47,412 nt of DNA from a virus (Duplodnaviria; Caudoviricetes), in IMG/VR virus record IMGVR_UViG_3300044847_000039, positions 1-47,412 of that record. The stretch is one strand, 5' to 3'. Under the pieces are notes generated by a model. It saw only the letters and a program-made list of their open reading frames with translations, was not told the DNA's origin and searched no databases. Positions within the stretch are counted from its first letter, which is position 1. Every line of letters starts with the position of its first letter. A program made the position numbers and the translations under genes. This document shows, one piece after another, positions 7,461 through 16,500 of this stretch.

Positions 7461-10400
7461 GTGCCTGACGTTCGCCAGCCCAGCTTTGCGAGCGGTGAGC
7501 TCAGCCCCAGCCTTTATGGGGCGAGTGATCTGCCCCAGTACGGGGCCGGCGCGCGAACTCTGAGGAATTTCCTCGTCTCCAAATATCGCACGGCACTGAA
7601 TCGTCCCGGGACCATCTTCCTGCATGAGGTCAAGGACTCGACGAAGCTGACACGGCTTCTCCCGTTCAACTTCTCGTCCGATCAGGCGTACGCGGTCGAG
7701 GTCGGGAATCTCAACTTCCGGTTCACCAGGAATGATGGGACCCAGCTTCCAGCAGCGGGCTTGATGGCGTTCGGCCAAGGCGGGGAGAGGGCCAAGTCCA
7801 CAGACAAGGGTACGACTTGGTCCACGCCGGGTGCCCTACCGTTTACGTTCGTAGCGGCAGCGTGCGAGGCGGCAAACGGCCGACTTATCATCGTCGGTAG
7901 TTCCGGAGGGTCGGGAGTCGCTGCCTACACCGACGATCTTGGCGTCACTTGGACCGGGCCCGTTTCCGTTCCGGTCAGTGCCGGCACGACCGTTTCAATG
8001 GTTGCGTATAATGGCAGGCGCGTCGTTGCCGGGTCGTTGTCGTCGATCGCCTATTCCGACGACAATGGGGTGACGTGGACGGCCGCTACTTCGCCTCCGG
8101 CCGCCATGAACCTTAGTTCCGTCGCGTGGGGTTTGGACCGTTGGGTTGTTGTCGGCTACAGCAGTCCCGGCACTCAGGCCCGTTACTCGTTTTCTTATGA
8201 CGGCAACACGTGGGGGACAACTACGGCGATCGGGGACCTAGATTCTACCTATCCGACTAGTTCTCTGCTCTCCGTGTGTTATTGCGCCGGCCAGTTCCTC
8301 GCCGCAGGGAGGACGATCACTGCGAGCGTCAACGCCCTTGTTTGCCAGATAGGCGTGCTGTCGGCTAATTGGAAGTGGTCGACGGTGCTGGCTGGGGCAA
8401 CCCTCTATGGAGTTGATACGGACGGAGTCACTGCCGTTGCGTCGGGGGGTAGCGGGACCTCAACTGGTATAGCCTATAAGTTCGATTCTGTTACCGCTGC
8501 CTGGTCCGCCGTACCTAGCGTTCCGGCTGGATACTCCTATTTCGCAGTGTCCTTCTCTAGGAACTATTGGGTGATGATCGGAGGCGACACCGGCGCTAAC
8601 CACCGAGTATCCCGATGGGATGGTGCAGCTTGGACGGCTGATTCGACGATTGGGGTAGGGGGCTGGGTGGTGTTGGCCCATGGCAAGGGAACCGAGACCC
8701 AGGAGGTAGCGAGTCCCTATCCTACGGACGTCGTACGGGAACTCGCTACCGCGCAGAGCGGCGACATCGATACCATCTTTCATCCGAAGTTCCCACCGAA
8801 GGAGCTGCGTCGTTACGGCGAGTACGACTGGCGCATCATCGAGTGGTACAAGGCTCCGCCCACACGAACGGTCCAAGGTCTCGTCTTCGTCGGCAGCATC
8901 GATCAGACCGGAGACGCGACTCATCCGCCCAAGGAGTGGCAGTGGGTTGTTACCTGGGAGGATGAGCAGACCGGGCGCGAGTCGCTGGTGTCCGCTGCGC
9001 TCACTCCAGGCGGCTCGACGAAGGTGGCGCTCTACCCCGACAAGCCCCTATCGATTCGCTGGAACGTGATCGAGAAGGCGAGACGCTATTTCGTCTATCG
9101 CGGCCGGAACGGGGAGTTCGGGTACGTGGGCACGGTAGCTCAGCCGGTACTAGCTGCTGGCGCCTCGCCAACCACGGTGGACTTCCGCGACGATGCGGGC
9201 ACACCCGTCTACACCGAGTCGCCTCCGCTCTGGACCAATCCCTTCCAGTCAGACCTCAGCTACCCGTCTTGCGGCTGCTACTTTGATGATCGGCTCGTGG
9301 TCGCGGGAAGCATGGTCCAGCCCAGCGCCATCAAGGGCTCGGCGGTCTCGGACTACTACAACTTCGACGACAAGTTCGTCACGACCGTCAACGACGCCTT
9401 CGAGTTCACCCTGGCAGCCCGGCGCTACGAGGAGACCCACTGGATCGTGCCTCACATGCAACTCGTGGTCGGCACCTCGGAGAGCGAGTGGATCGTGAGC
9501 GGCGCCGGAGGGGACGCGCTCTCCTCCGAGAGCGTCCTGGCGCGGTCGCGCTCGAACCTGGGTACGACCCGCGTTCAGCCGGTCGTGGTCGGGGACGGCA
9601 TCATCCACATCCAGAACGGCGGCCAGGTGGTCCGCGAACTCGCCTTCACGGCCCAGGCTTTCACGCTCGAGCAAGCGCTTGGATGGGGTGGCCGAGACCT
9701 CTCGATCCTCTCTCAGCACCTCCTAGAAGGCCTTTCCATCGTGGACATGGCCTACCAGAAGGCGCCGCTCTCGGTCGTGTGGCTGGTCCGCTCGGATGGC
9801 GCGCTCCTCTCCCTGACCGTGAACCGCGAAGGCCAGATGTCGGCCTGGGCGCGGCACGATACGGGCGGCGATGTGGTCGAGGCGGTCACCGTCATCCCGA
9901 ATGGCGCCGAAGATGTCCTCTTCCTCATCGTCAAACGGACCATTAACGGGGCCACGAAGCGCTACGTCGAGATGATGGCATCCCGGTTCCCGGCCTCGGT
10001 CTCGGTGGGCGTCTTCCTCGATTGCGCCAAGACTCAGACCATCGCGAGCTCCAACACCGTTTCCGGGCTCTCTCACCTCGAGGCTCGCACGGTGGGCGTC
10101 CTCGCCGATGGCACGTACCGGGGGACGTACACGGTCGCTTCCGGAGCGCTCACATTCACGGGGCCAGCGGCTACGATGGTGACGGTGGGTCTGCCGATCA
10201 CTGCCGACTTCGAATCGCTCGACTACCCCGAGGGCAGGACGGGAAAGAAGATCGTTTCTCAAGTGGGCGTCGAGTACCGCCTGATGCCCTCCTTCGCGGA
10301 CGCGAATCCGGTACCGACGGGCGTGACGGCTGCGGGAGTCCTAGCCGGCGGTGACCTCTCCCATCTCGGCGGCACTCGGAAGTTCTCGGACGCGCAAGAG

Positions 10401-10526
10401 AACGTCCTCTTCGTGCCGGTCGAATCGGGCTGGAACCCTGGGGGCCGCGTCACCATCCGCCACACTCAACCATTCCCGCTCGAAATCCGCGGGATCACGA
10501 GGGCGATCAGTGACTCGCGGTCCTGA
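7461..10526 (+). CDS. Tail tubular protein B / nozzle with inserted Asp-box beta-propeller
   Basis: QPSFASGELSPSLYG N-terminus, AQSGDI, YPSCGCYFDDRLVVAG, WARHDTGG, FLDC, GLSHLEARTV. Confidence 0.9.
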   Translation: MPDVRQPSFASGELSPSLYGASDLPQYGAGARTLRNFLVSKYRTALNRPGTIFLHEVKDSTKLTRLLPFNFSSDQAYAVEVGNLNFRFTRNDGTQLPAAGLMAFGQGGERAKSTDKGTTWSTPGALPFTFVAAACEAANGRLIIVGSSGGSGVAAYTDDLGVTWTGPVSVPVSAGTTVSMVAYNGRRVVAGSLSSIAYSDDNGVTWTAATSPPAAMNLSSVAWGLDRWVVVGYSSPGTQARYSFSYDGNTWGTTTAIGDLDSTYPTSSLLSVCYCAGQFLAAGRTITASVNALVCQIGVLSANWKWSTVLAGATLYGVDTDGVTAVASGGSGTSTGIAYKFDSVTAAWSAVPSVPAGYSYFAVSFSRNYWVMIGGDTGANHRVSRWDGAAWTADSTIGVGGWVVLAHGKGTETQEVASPYPTDVVRELATAQSGDIDTIFHPKFPPKELRRYGEYDWRIIEWYKAPPTRTVQGLVFVGSIDQTGDATHPPKEWQWVVTWEDEQTGRESLVSAALTPGGSTKVALYPDKPLSIRWNVIEKARRYFVYRGRNGEFGYVGTVAQPVLAAGASPTTVDFRDDAGTPVYTESPPLWTNPFQSDLSYPSCGCYFDDRLVVAGSMVQPSAIKGSAVSDYYNFDDKFVTTVNDAFEFTLAARRYEETHWIVPHMQLVVGTSESEWIVSGAGGDALSSESVLARSRSNLGTTRVQPVVVGDGIIHIQNGGQVVRELAFTAQAFTLEQALGWGGRDLSILSQHLLEGLSIVDMAYQKAPLSVVWLVRSDGALLSLTVNREGQMSAWARHDTGGDVVEAVTVIPNGAEDVLFLIVKRTINGATKRYVEMMASRFPASVSVGVFLDCAKTQTIASSNTVSGLSHLEARTVGVLADGTYRGTYTVASGALTFTGPAATMVTVGLPITADFESLDYPEGRTGKKIVSQVGVEYRLMPSFADANPVPTGVTAAGVLAGGDLSHLGGTRKFSDAQENVLFVPVESGWNPGGRVTIRHTQPFPLEIRGITRAISDSRS

Positions 10527-10758
10527 GATCCGAGCGACGCTGTACGATCGGGAGTCTACGGTCGGTCAGGCGTCGTGCCCACCTCGGCAAAGGGGCGTAG
10601 CCATCCCAGACCCCGACACGACCGCCGCACTGCGGACAGTAGTACGTGACGAACAGTCTCACCGCACCCGCGTGTCCCCGAAGAGCGCACCACACTCTCG
10701 TGAAGACGGGAGTCACAGGAACTTCCCAGTCGTATCGGCCCCACGTTGCCATGTCCAT
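10507..10758 (-). CDS. Small Zn-binding prophage protein (C-x3-GH...CxxCG), counter-oriented
   Basis: WCALRGH...YCPQCG; fills the gap between nozzle and GNAT genes; TATACT box upstream on the minus strand. Confidence 0.55.
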   Translation of the reverse strand: MDMATWGRYDWEVPVTPVFTRVWCALRGHAGAVRLFVTYYCPQCGGRVGVWDGYAPLPRWARRLTDRRLPIVQRRSDLRTASH

Positions 10759-10787
10759 CGTCCCCCAACGTCTGGGGAGTATAACGC

Positions 10788-11240
10788 ATGAGCGTCGAGA
10801 TCGTCCATGCCACGGCAGACCACGTGCGGGCGCTCTCCCTGCGCCCGATGGACGTCCAGACGTGCCGCCGGGCCGGGCACGTGGACGCAATGGGAGGCGT
10901 GCTCTGGTCGCTTGAACGCTCAGACGACGCCATCGCCTTCTTGGCGAACGATCGCGTCTTCTGTGTGGCGGGCGTGCTGACGATCGCGAACACGCCGCAT
11001 TTGGCCCAACTCTGGTGCGCTACGAGCCCGGAGGCGCGGCGCTACGCCAAGACCCTATGTATCGTGGGGCGCCGGATGATCTGGCGCTGGCTCAAGGATT
11101 ACGACGGCCTCATCGCCTGGGTCGACGCCCAGGACGAAGGGGCGCAGCGCTGGGTTCCGTGGCTGGGACTCGTCTTCGTTGAGGTCGAGTGGACCGCGCC
11201 CGGCGGAATCTTCCGCACTGCCGTCCTCGGGAGGGCCTGA
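10788..11240 (+). CDS. GNAT-fold internal virion/assembly protein (T7 gp13-like)
   Basis: Position after the nozzle; LRPMDVQ, QLWCAT, WVDAQDEGAQRWVPWLGL. Confidence 0.75.
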   Translation: MSVEIVHATADHVRALSLRPMDVQTCRRAGHVDAMGGVLWSLERSDDAIAFLANDRVFCVAGVLTIANTPHLAQLWCATSPEARRYAKTLCIVGRRMIWRWLKDYDGLIAWVDAQDEGAQRWVPWLGLVFVEVEWTAPGGIFRTAVLGRA

Positions 11241-11752
11241 TGCCGGCTGCCGCGGTCGTCGCTAGCGTCGGGATCCAGGCCTACTCGCAGTATGAGGCTG
11301 GGCAGGAGAACGCCGCTGCGGCTCGCCGTAACGCCCAGCTAGCCGAGAATGCCGCCGCCGATGCTCTCCAGCGCGGAGAGCAGAAGGTGTGGATGCGCCG
11401 CATGGTCGGGCAGCGACGCATCGCTGCCCAGACCGTTGCCTACGCGCATGCCGGCGTGGATGTGCAGAGCGGCACGCCAGCCAAAGCGATCTCCGACACG
11501 GCGATGGTCTCGGAGCTCGACGCCCAAACTGAGCGGAACAACGCCTATCGGACGGCCTGGGGCTACCGGATGCACGCCGCGGCGCTGCGGTCGGCGGCGA
11601 GTGCTTCCGAACGGGCCGGGAATCTGGCGGCCATCGGTGCCCTCATCGGCGGGGCCGGGAAGATCGCAGGCATGCAGTCGACCGGACCGGGGCCGGACGT
11701 CAACAGCGGTTACGACAGCAGCGGTTTCGGCGGAGCCGGGGAGCCGCCCTAG
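11240..11752 (+). CDS. Internal virion/ejection protein (T7 gp14-like)
   Basis: NAQLAENAAADALQRG, QTVAYAHAGVDVQSGTP, ELDAQTERNNA; TGATG overlap. Confidence 0.85.
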   Translation: MPAAAVVASVGIQAYSQYEAGQENAAAARRNAQLAENAAADALQRGEQKVWMRRMVGQRRIAAQTVAYAHAGVDVQSGTPAKAISDTAMVSELDAQTERNNAYRTAWGYRMHAAALRSAASASERAGNLAAIGALIGGAGKIAGMQSTGPGPDVNSGYDSSGFGGAGEPP

Positions 11753-13537
11753 ATGCCCGACGTTCCCGCCACTCCACTGCCCGAGGCCCAGACCGAGGCC
11801 CTTCCGACCCCGTACGACACCCGCACGAGGTCTCCGGAGGAGTTCGGCGCGGCACTCGCGCACGGCGGCGAGCAACTCGCTACAGGGCTTGAGCAGTACC
11901 AGCTCCACGCTGACACGGTCGCCGTTCAGGAGGCCCAGACCACCTACAACGAGCACGTCCTTAACAAGGTCCACGGTGCCGTCGATCCACGCACCGGCCA
12001 GTTTGTCCCGGGCTACCGGCAGAAGGTCGGGCACGACGCCATCGACGCGACGGGGGACGTGCTCCAAGACCTCGAAGCGAAACGCACCGAGATCGCCGGC
12101 ACGCTGAGCAACGGTCGACAGCAGAAGCTTTTCATGCAGCGCACCCGGCGGGACATGATCGGTGCGCAGCGAACGGTACTGGATCACGAAGGTCAGCAGA
12201 TCAACTTCGTCGCCGATCAGGCATTCAAGACTTCGATCCAGGTGGCGGGGCAGACGGCGCTCGCGGCGTACGCGGACCCCGTCGAGCGGCAGCGTCAGAT
12301 CGATGACATGGTCCCGTGGCTCAAGATCGAGGCCGAGCGGCGGGGCCTCAAGGGCACCGATGCGGGGGCCTTCGTCTCGAAGTGGCAGGGCGCCGTCGTC
12401 GAGGACGTGCTTAATCAGATCCTCGCCGACGAACAGCGGCCGGACCGCGCTGCCGATGCCAGGGCGTACTACGAGCAGAACAAGGGCCTTCTGCCTCCGG
12501 ACAAGGCCGGTCACTTCCTCAAGGCCGTGCAGGCAGCCGGTGTCAGTGACATCGCCCGAACGGAAGCCGACCGGATCTGGGACGAGGCGAACGGGGATCC
12601 AGCCAAGCTCGCCGCTGCGGCCCGCGGTATCAAGAATACGACGGTCTTTGACGCGGTGGATCGGCGCCTCAAGCAGCGCGTCGCCGAAGACCACGCCATG
12701 CGTGTGGCGGCCGACTCGCCGCACGAGGCGCGGCTCGAGACCACCATCTACCAGAGCGGTGGCCTCGACCGGAATGCGAACGATTACCAGGCGCTTTCGG
12801 ACGAGGGCAAGGCTCGCGTCGAGGCGAAGTACAGGGCCTCACTCCGGGCCGACAGTTCCGAGCAACGGCAGGCCGACCAAGAGGCTTACTGGACGTTCAA
12901 GGGCATGCCCCTTGGGAACCAGCAAGGTCAGGACCGCGTCTCCGTAGACGTCGACCACGATCCACGTTTCTCGGCCGTTTCACCGTCGATGCGCTCTCGA
13001 ATCAAGTACGAGCAAGCGCAGTCACAGGCAGAGTGGGCAAAGGACAACGGCGTTGGCCGTGAGGCGTTCAAGGCCAAGGCGCGCCAGGTCGCGGACGAGA
13101 TGGGCTGGCGAGGCTCGGAGGGCTTGGGAGCGGCGACGCCCCGAGCTCGGTTCATGCGCCAGATCGAGACGGCTTACGACTCATGGACCCAGGCGAACCC
13201 GGGGGCGAAGACCGTTCCTCCCGATGAGGCCGCGAAACTCGTCAGCAACGCTGTGCGCTACGGGGAAGTGCCTGGGATCGTCTTCTCCTCGAACAAGTAC
13301 GCATGGCAGGCGTCGCAGGCTGGCGAAGCGGCGAAGTTCCAGCCGAAGACGGAGGCTCCCGAGACGGCGAAGGGCACCGCAGCCGTGCGCCGCGCTTTCG
13401 GTGTTACGCAACCGACTCCGACACCGACGCAACGGTCCGAAGCCCCGACCCCAGTCCAGTCCCAGGCCGACTATGACGCGCTTCCTTCTGGCGCCCTGTA
13501 CGTGGGGCCGGACGGACAGACGCGGAGAAAGCGCTAG
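11753..13537 (+). CDS. Internal virion/ejection protein (gp15-like)
   Basis: 594-aa helical protein in the ejection cluster; C-terminal YDALPSGALYVGPDGQTRRKR motif. Confidence 0.75.
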   Translation: MPDVPATPLPEAQTEALPTPYDTRTRSPEEFGAALAHGGEQLATGLEQYQLHADTVAVQEAQTTYNEHVLNKVHGAVDPRTGQFVPGYRQKVGHDAIDATGDVLQDLEAKRTEIAGTLSNGRQQKLFMQRTRRDMIGAQRTVLDHEGQQINFVADQAFKTSIQVAGQTALAAYADPVERQRQIDDMVPWLKIEAERRGLKGTDAGAFVSKWQGAVVEDVLNQILADEQRPDRAADARAYYEQNKGLLPPDKAGHFLKAVQAAGVSDIARTEADRIWDEANGDPAKLAAAARGIKNTTVFDAVDRRLKQRVAEDHAMRVAADSPHEARLETTIYQSGGLDRNANDYQALSDEGKARVEAKYRASLRADSSEQRQADQEAYWTFKGMPLGNQQGQDRVSVDVDHDPRFSAVSPSMRSRIKYEQAQSQAEWAKDNGVGREAFKAKARQVADEMGWRGSEGLGAATPRARFMRQIETAYDSWTQANPGAKTVPPDEAAKLVSNAVRYGEVPGIVFSSNKYAWQASQAGEAAKFQPKTEAPETAKGTAAVRRAFGVTQPTPTPTQRSEAPTPVQSQADYDALPSGALYVGPDGQTRRKR

Positions 13538-16500
13538 ATGGCCGGCTGGCAAGACGATCCGGTTGTCGACGAGGCGCCCGACCCGGGTCCTGCCAAGCCG
13601 TCGTGGCAGGCCGATCCGGTCGTGTCTTCAGACCCGGCCTATCCCGGCGCCGACAACCTCGGCGTCTTCCCGATACCGCCGCCGAAGCCCACGGGAGATA
13701 CCCTCCGCGCCTCATACCGTGCCGTTCAGGACGTGAATCCGGACGAACAGGGCAAGGTCATCCGCATCTCGCGGGACACGGGCATCCCGCCGGCCATCGT
13801 CCAGGCTGACCCGGATGGCGCCGCCAAGTCCCGTCCGCCGACGCAGCTCGAACTCCTGCCGTCACATGCCCCCTCCCTCGCCGCCCACGTGCAGCAGCCA
13901 CAGAACATGGCGGCGGCGAAGGACGACCTCGCCAAGCTCTCGACGCTGGAATGGACCCTGACGGGCGGTCTCGTCACGGGCGCAGCCTGGGATGCGGAGC
14001 CGCTCAAGTATCAGCCTCCCGTCTGGCTCGAGGCGCTGCGGAAGGGCTGGTCGGGCGTTCGTCAAGGGCTTGAGAAGACGCGTCAGGAGCTCGGCCTTGA
14101 CCCGTCGTGGACGCAGATCCTTTACCCGTTCTCGACGTCGGATCTGAGCGAGGCGCAACGGGCCGAACGCGCGGCGCCCGACGTGGTAGCGGCGGCGCGC
14201 GACCTCCAGGCCAGGAGCACGCTGGCGAAAGCGTGGGTCGGCGGTTTCCAGGCCGCTCCCTTCCTCGTCGGGAACGTTGCCGCCGCGGCAGGCGGCGGAG
14301 TGCCGGGAATGGTCGCCTTCAACACGGCGACCGTCTACGGCGAGAACGTCGAGCAGATCGGTCAAATCCAGGGGCCTAAGGGCGAGAGCGGAGCGTCGCC
14401 CGGCGGCAGGGCGCTCGCGACGGCCCTGTCCGTTGGTGAGGGCGCCATCTACTCGATCGGCCTCGGTCGCTTGGGCAAGACGTTGGCTGGACCCGTAGCG
14501 AAGCGCATCCCAGGCGAGATCGTCAATCGAGTGATGAGTTCGCCCGAGCTGGCCAAGACGATCGGAAAACTCGTCCTTCGCTTCGGCGAGGCGGAAGTCG
14601 AGGGCGCCGCGACGATGGCGGCGGCCTCTGCACTCCAGTCCGCAGGGCAGGAATTCGCCAAATCTAGAGTCGACGAGAACCACGACTTCGACACGACACC
14701 AGTTGTTGACCAGGCCGAACGGGCCTTCAAGCAGGGCCTGACGGACTTCGCCCTCATCTCTGCTTTCGGCGCTGCCCGTCGAGGCTTCTACGACCTCGGC
14801 ATCTCACGGCTCTCAAGCCGTGAAGCGCAGACGCTCCGGGAGAGCGGCAAGGCGGTCAAGGACTCGAAGCTCGCGGATCGCGACCCGACCAGCGTCGAGG
14901 ATCTGATCGCGCAGACGGCGCCAGGCCAGTCAGTCCTCGTCGACCGCGACGTCTGGAACCAGTACTGGCGCGAGAAGGGCACCGACCCCAGGGCGAAGGC
15001 AGCCGAGGTGGCTGGCGACGATGGGGCTTCTTTCGACCTCTCCGAACGCACTCAGTACCTCGCCCTGCCTCTGTCCAAGGCGCTCGTTCGCCTCGGGAAG
15101 ACCGAGCACTGGCAAGCCCTTCTTCAGGACGCGAAACTCTCTCCGGAGGCGCGGACTCCGAATGAGGAGACCGCCGCACAGGCGGAGCGCAGCGCTCAAG
15201 CCACTTCATTGCCCGGGCAGATCCCAGAGGCGCCAGACTTCACCCTGTGGCGTCCCGGCGAAGGGCCTCCGCCGATTCCGCTAACGGAGCGTGAAGCTCC
15301 CAAGCCGCCTCTGGAGCCGCAGGGGCCGCACTCGGATCTCCCCAGTCCGCTAGCCCGTCAACTCTATCCCGAACTCTGGAAGGCCCCGGAGGAGAGCGCC
15401 CTCGTTCGGAAACTCTACCCCGACATTGATCGACGCGTGGCTCAGTCGGCAATCGCATACGCCGAGGCCACGGCTGGACTGGGAGAGCCGACGAAGGCCG
15501 TTCTAGCGGCGGCCGAACCCAAAGATCGAGAGCGCCTCGTCCAGGCCGAAGCGGACAAGTACCATGAGACGCTCCGCCGTACGCTCGTGACCGTGGCGAG
15601 CGACTCTTCTCCTCCGGATCGAGTGCGCGAGGCCGTCCGGAAGGAGATCGAGACGCAACTCGACGCTGAGCCCGTGCGGCGCCTCGCCGACTACCTCTCA
15701 CGACCGAAGGCCCCGGAGGCGGGGATCGTAGAGGCGTCACTCGGCCGGCTCGACCCGACGCTTCTCGATGAGCACGGCCAACCCTTCCGGCTCGACCGGA
15801 AGACGCTCGTTGAGGACTACGGACCGGACATTGTGAAGCAACTCCCGCGAGGCGCCACGGTCGAGAAGGGGGGCGCACCAGCGGATTTCCTCGCCAGCCG
15901 TTTCGGTTTCCCCGATGCCGCCTCGATGATCGACGCCCTGCGCACCATGGGCGATCGCGAGGCGACCGTCGAAGCTCGCGTTCAGGACCGGCTGCATGAA
16001 CTCTACCCCGCGGTAGCCGAGAATCCTGCGGCCGTGGTCCAGGCTGCCATCGACGCCGAGCATTCTCCGAAGGCAGTTGAGGCGGCGCTAGAGGGCGCTC
16101 GCCTCCTTGTTCGCCAGGTGGATCCTTCTCTCGGGGACCGTCTCAAGGTCATGGAGAACGCTGCGGTTCGCAAGCAGACCGCGGATCGGCTCATCTCCAC
16201 GAACCGTGTGGCCGATGCCCTGCCGGAGCGCTTCCTCCAGGCAGAGCGGAAGTACGCGAAGGAGGCCCTTGAACTCACCGCCAAGGCACTTGGCAAGAAT
16301 GAGGCTCGAGCGAAGGAGTACGCCGCGCAGGCCATGGACGCTCGCGACGCCCAACTCCTCAACATGGAACTGTATCGGGCGGCCCGTGACGCGAGGAAAG
16401 AGAGTGCTGGAGCCGTCGAATACCTAGCCTCAATGACGAGGTCCGATGCGCGCAAGGAGCTCGGGAAAGCGACATCCTCTGAAGTCGGCCCGGACGGCAA

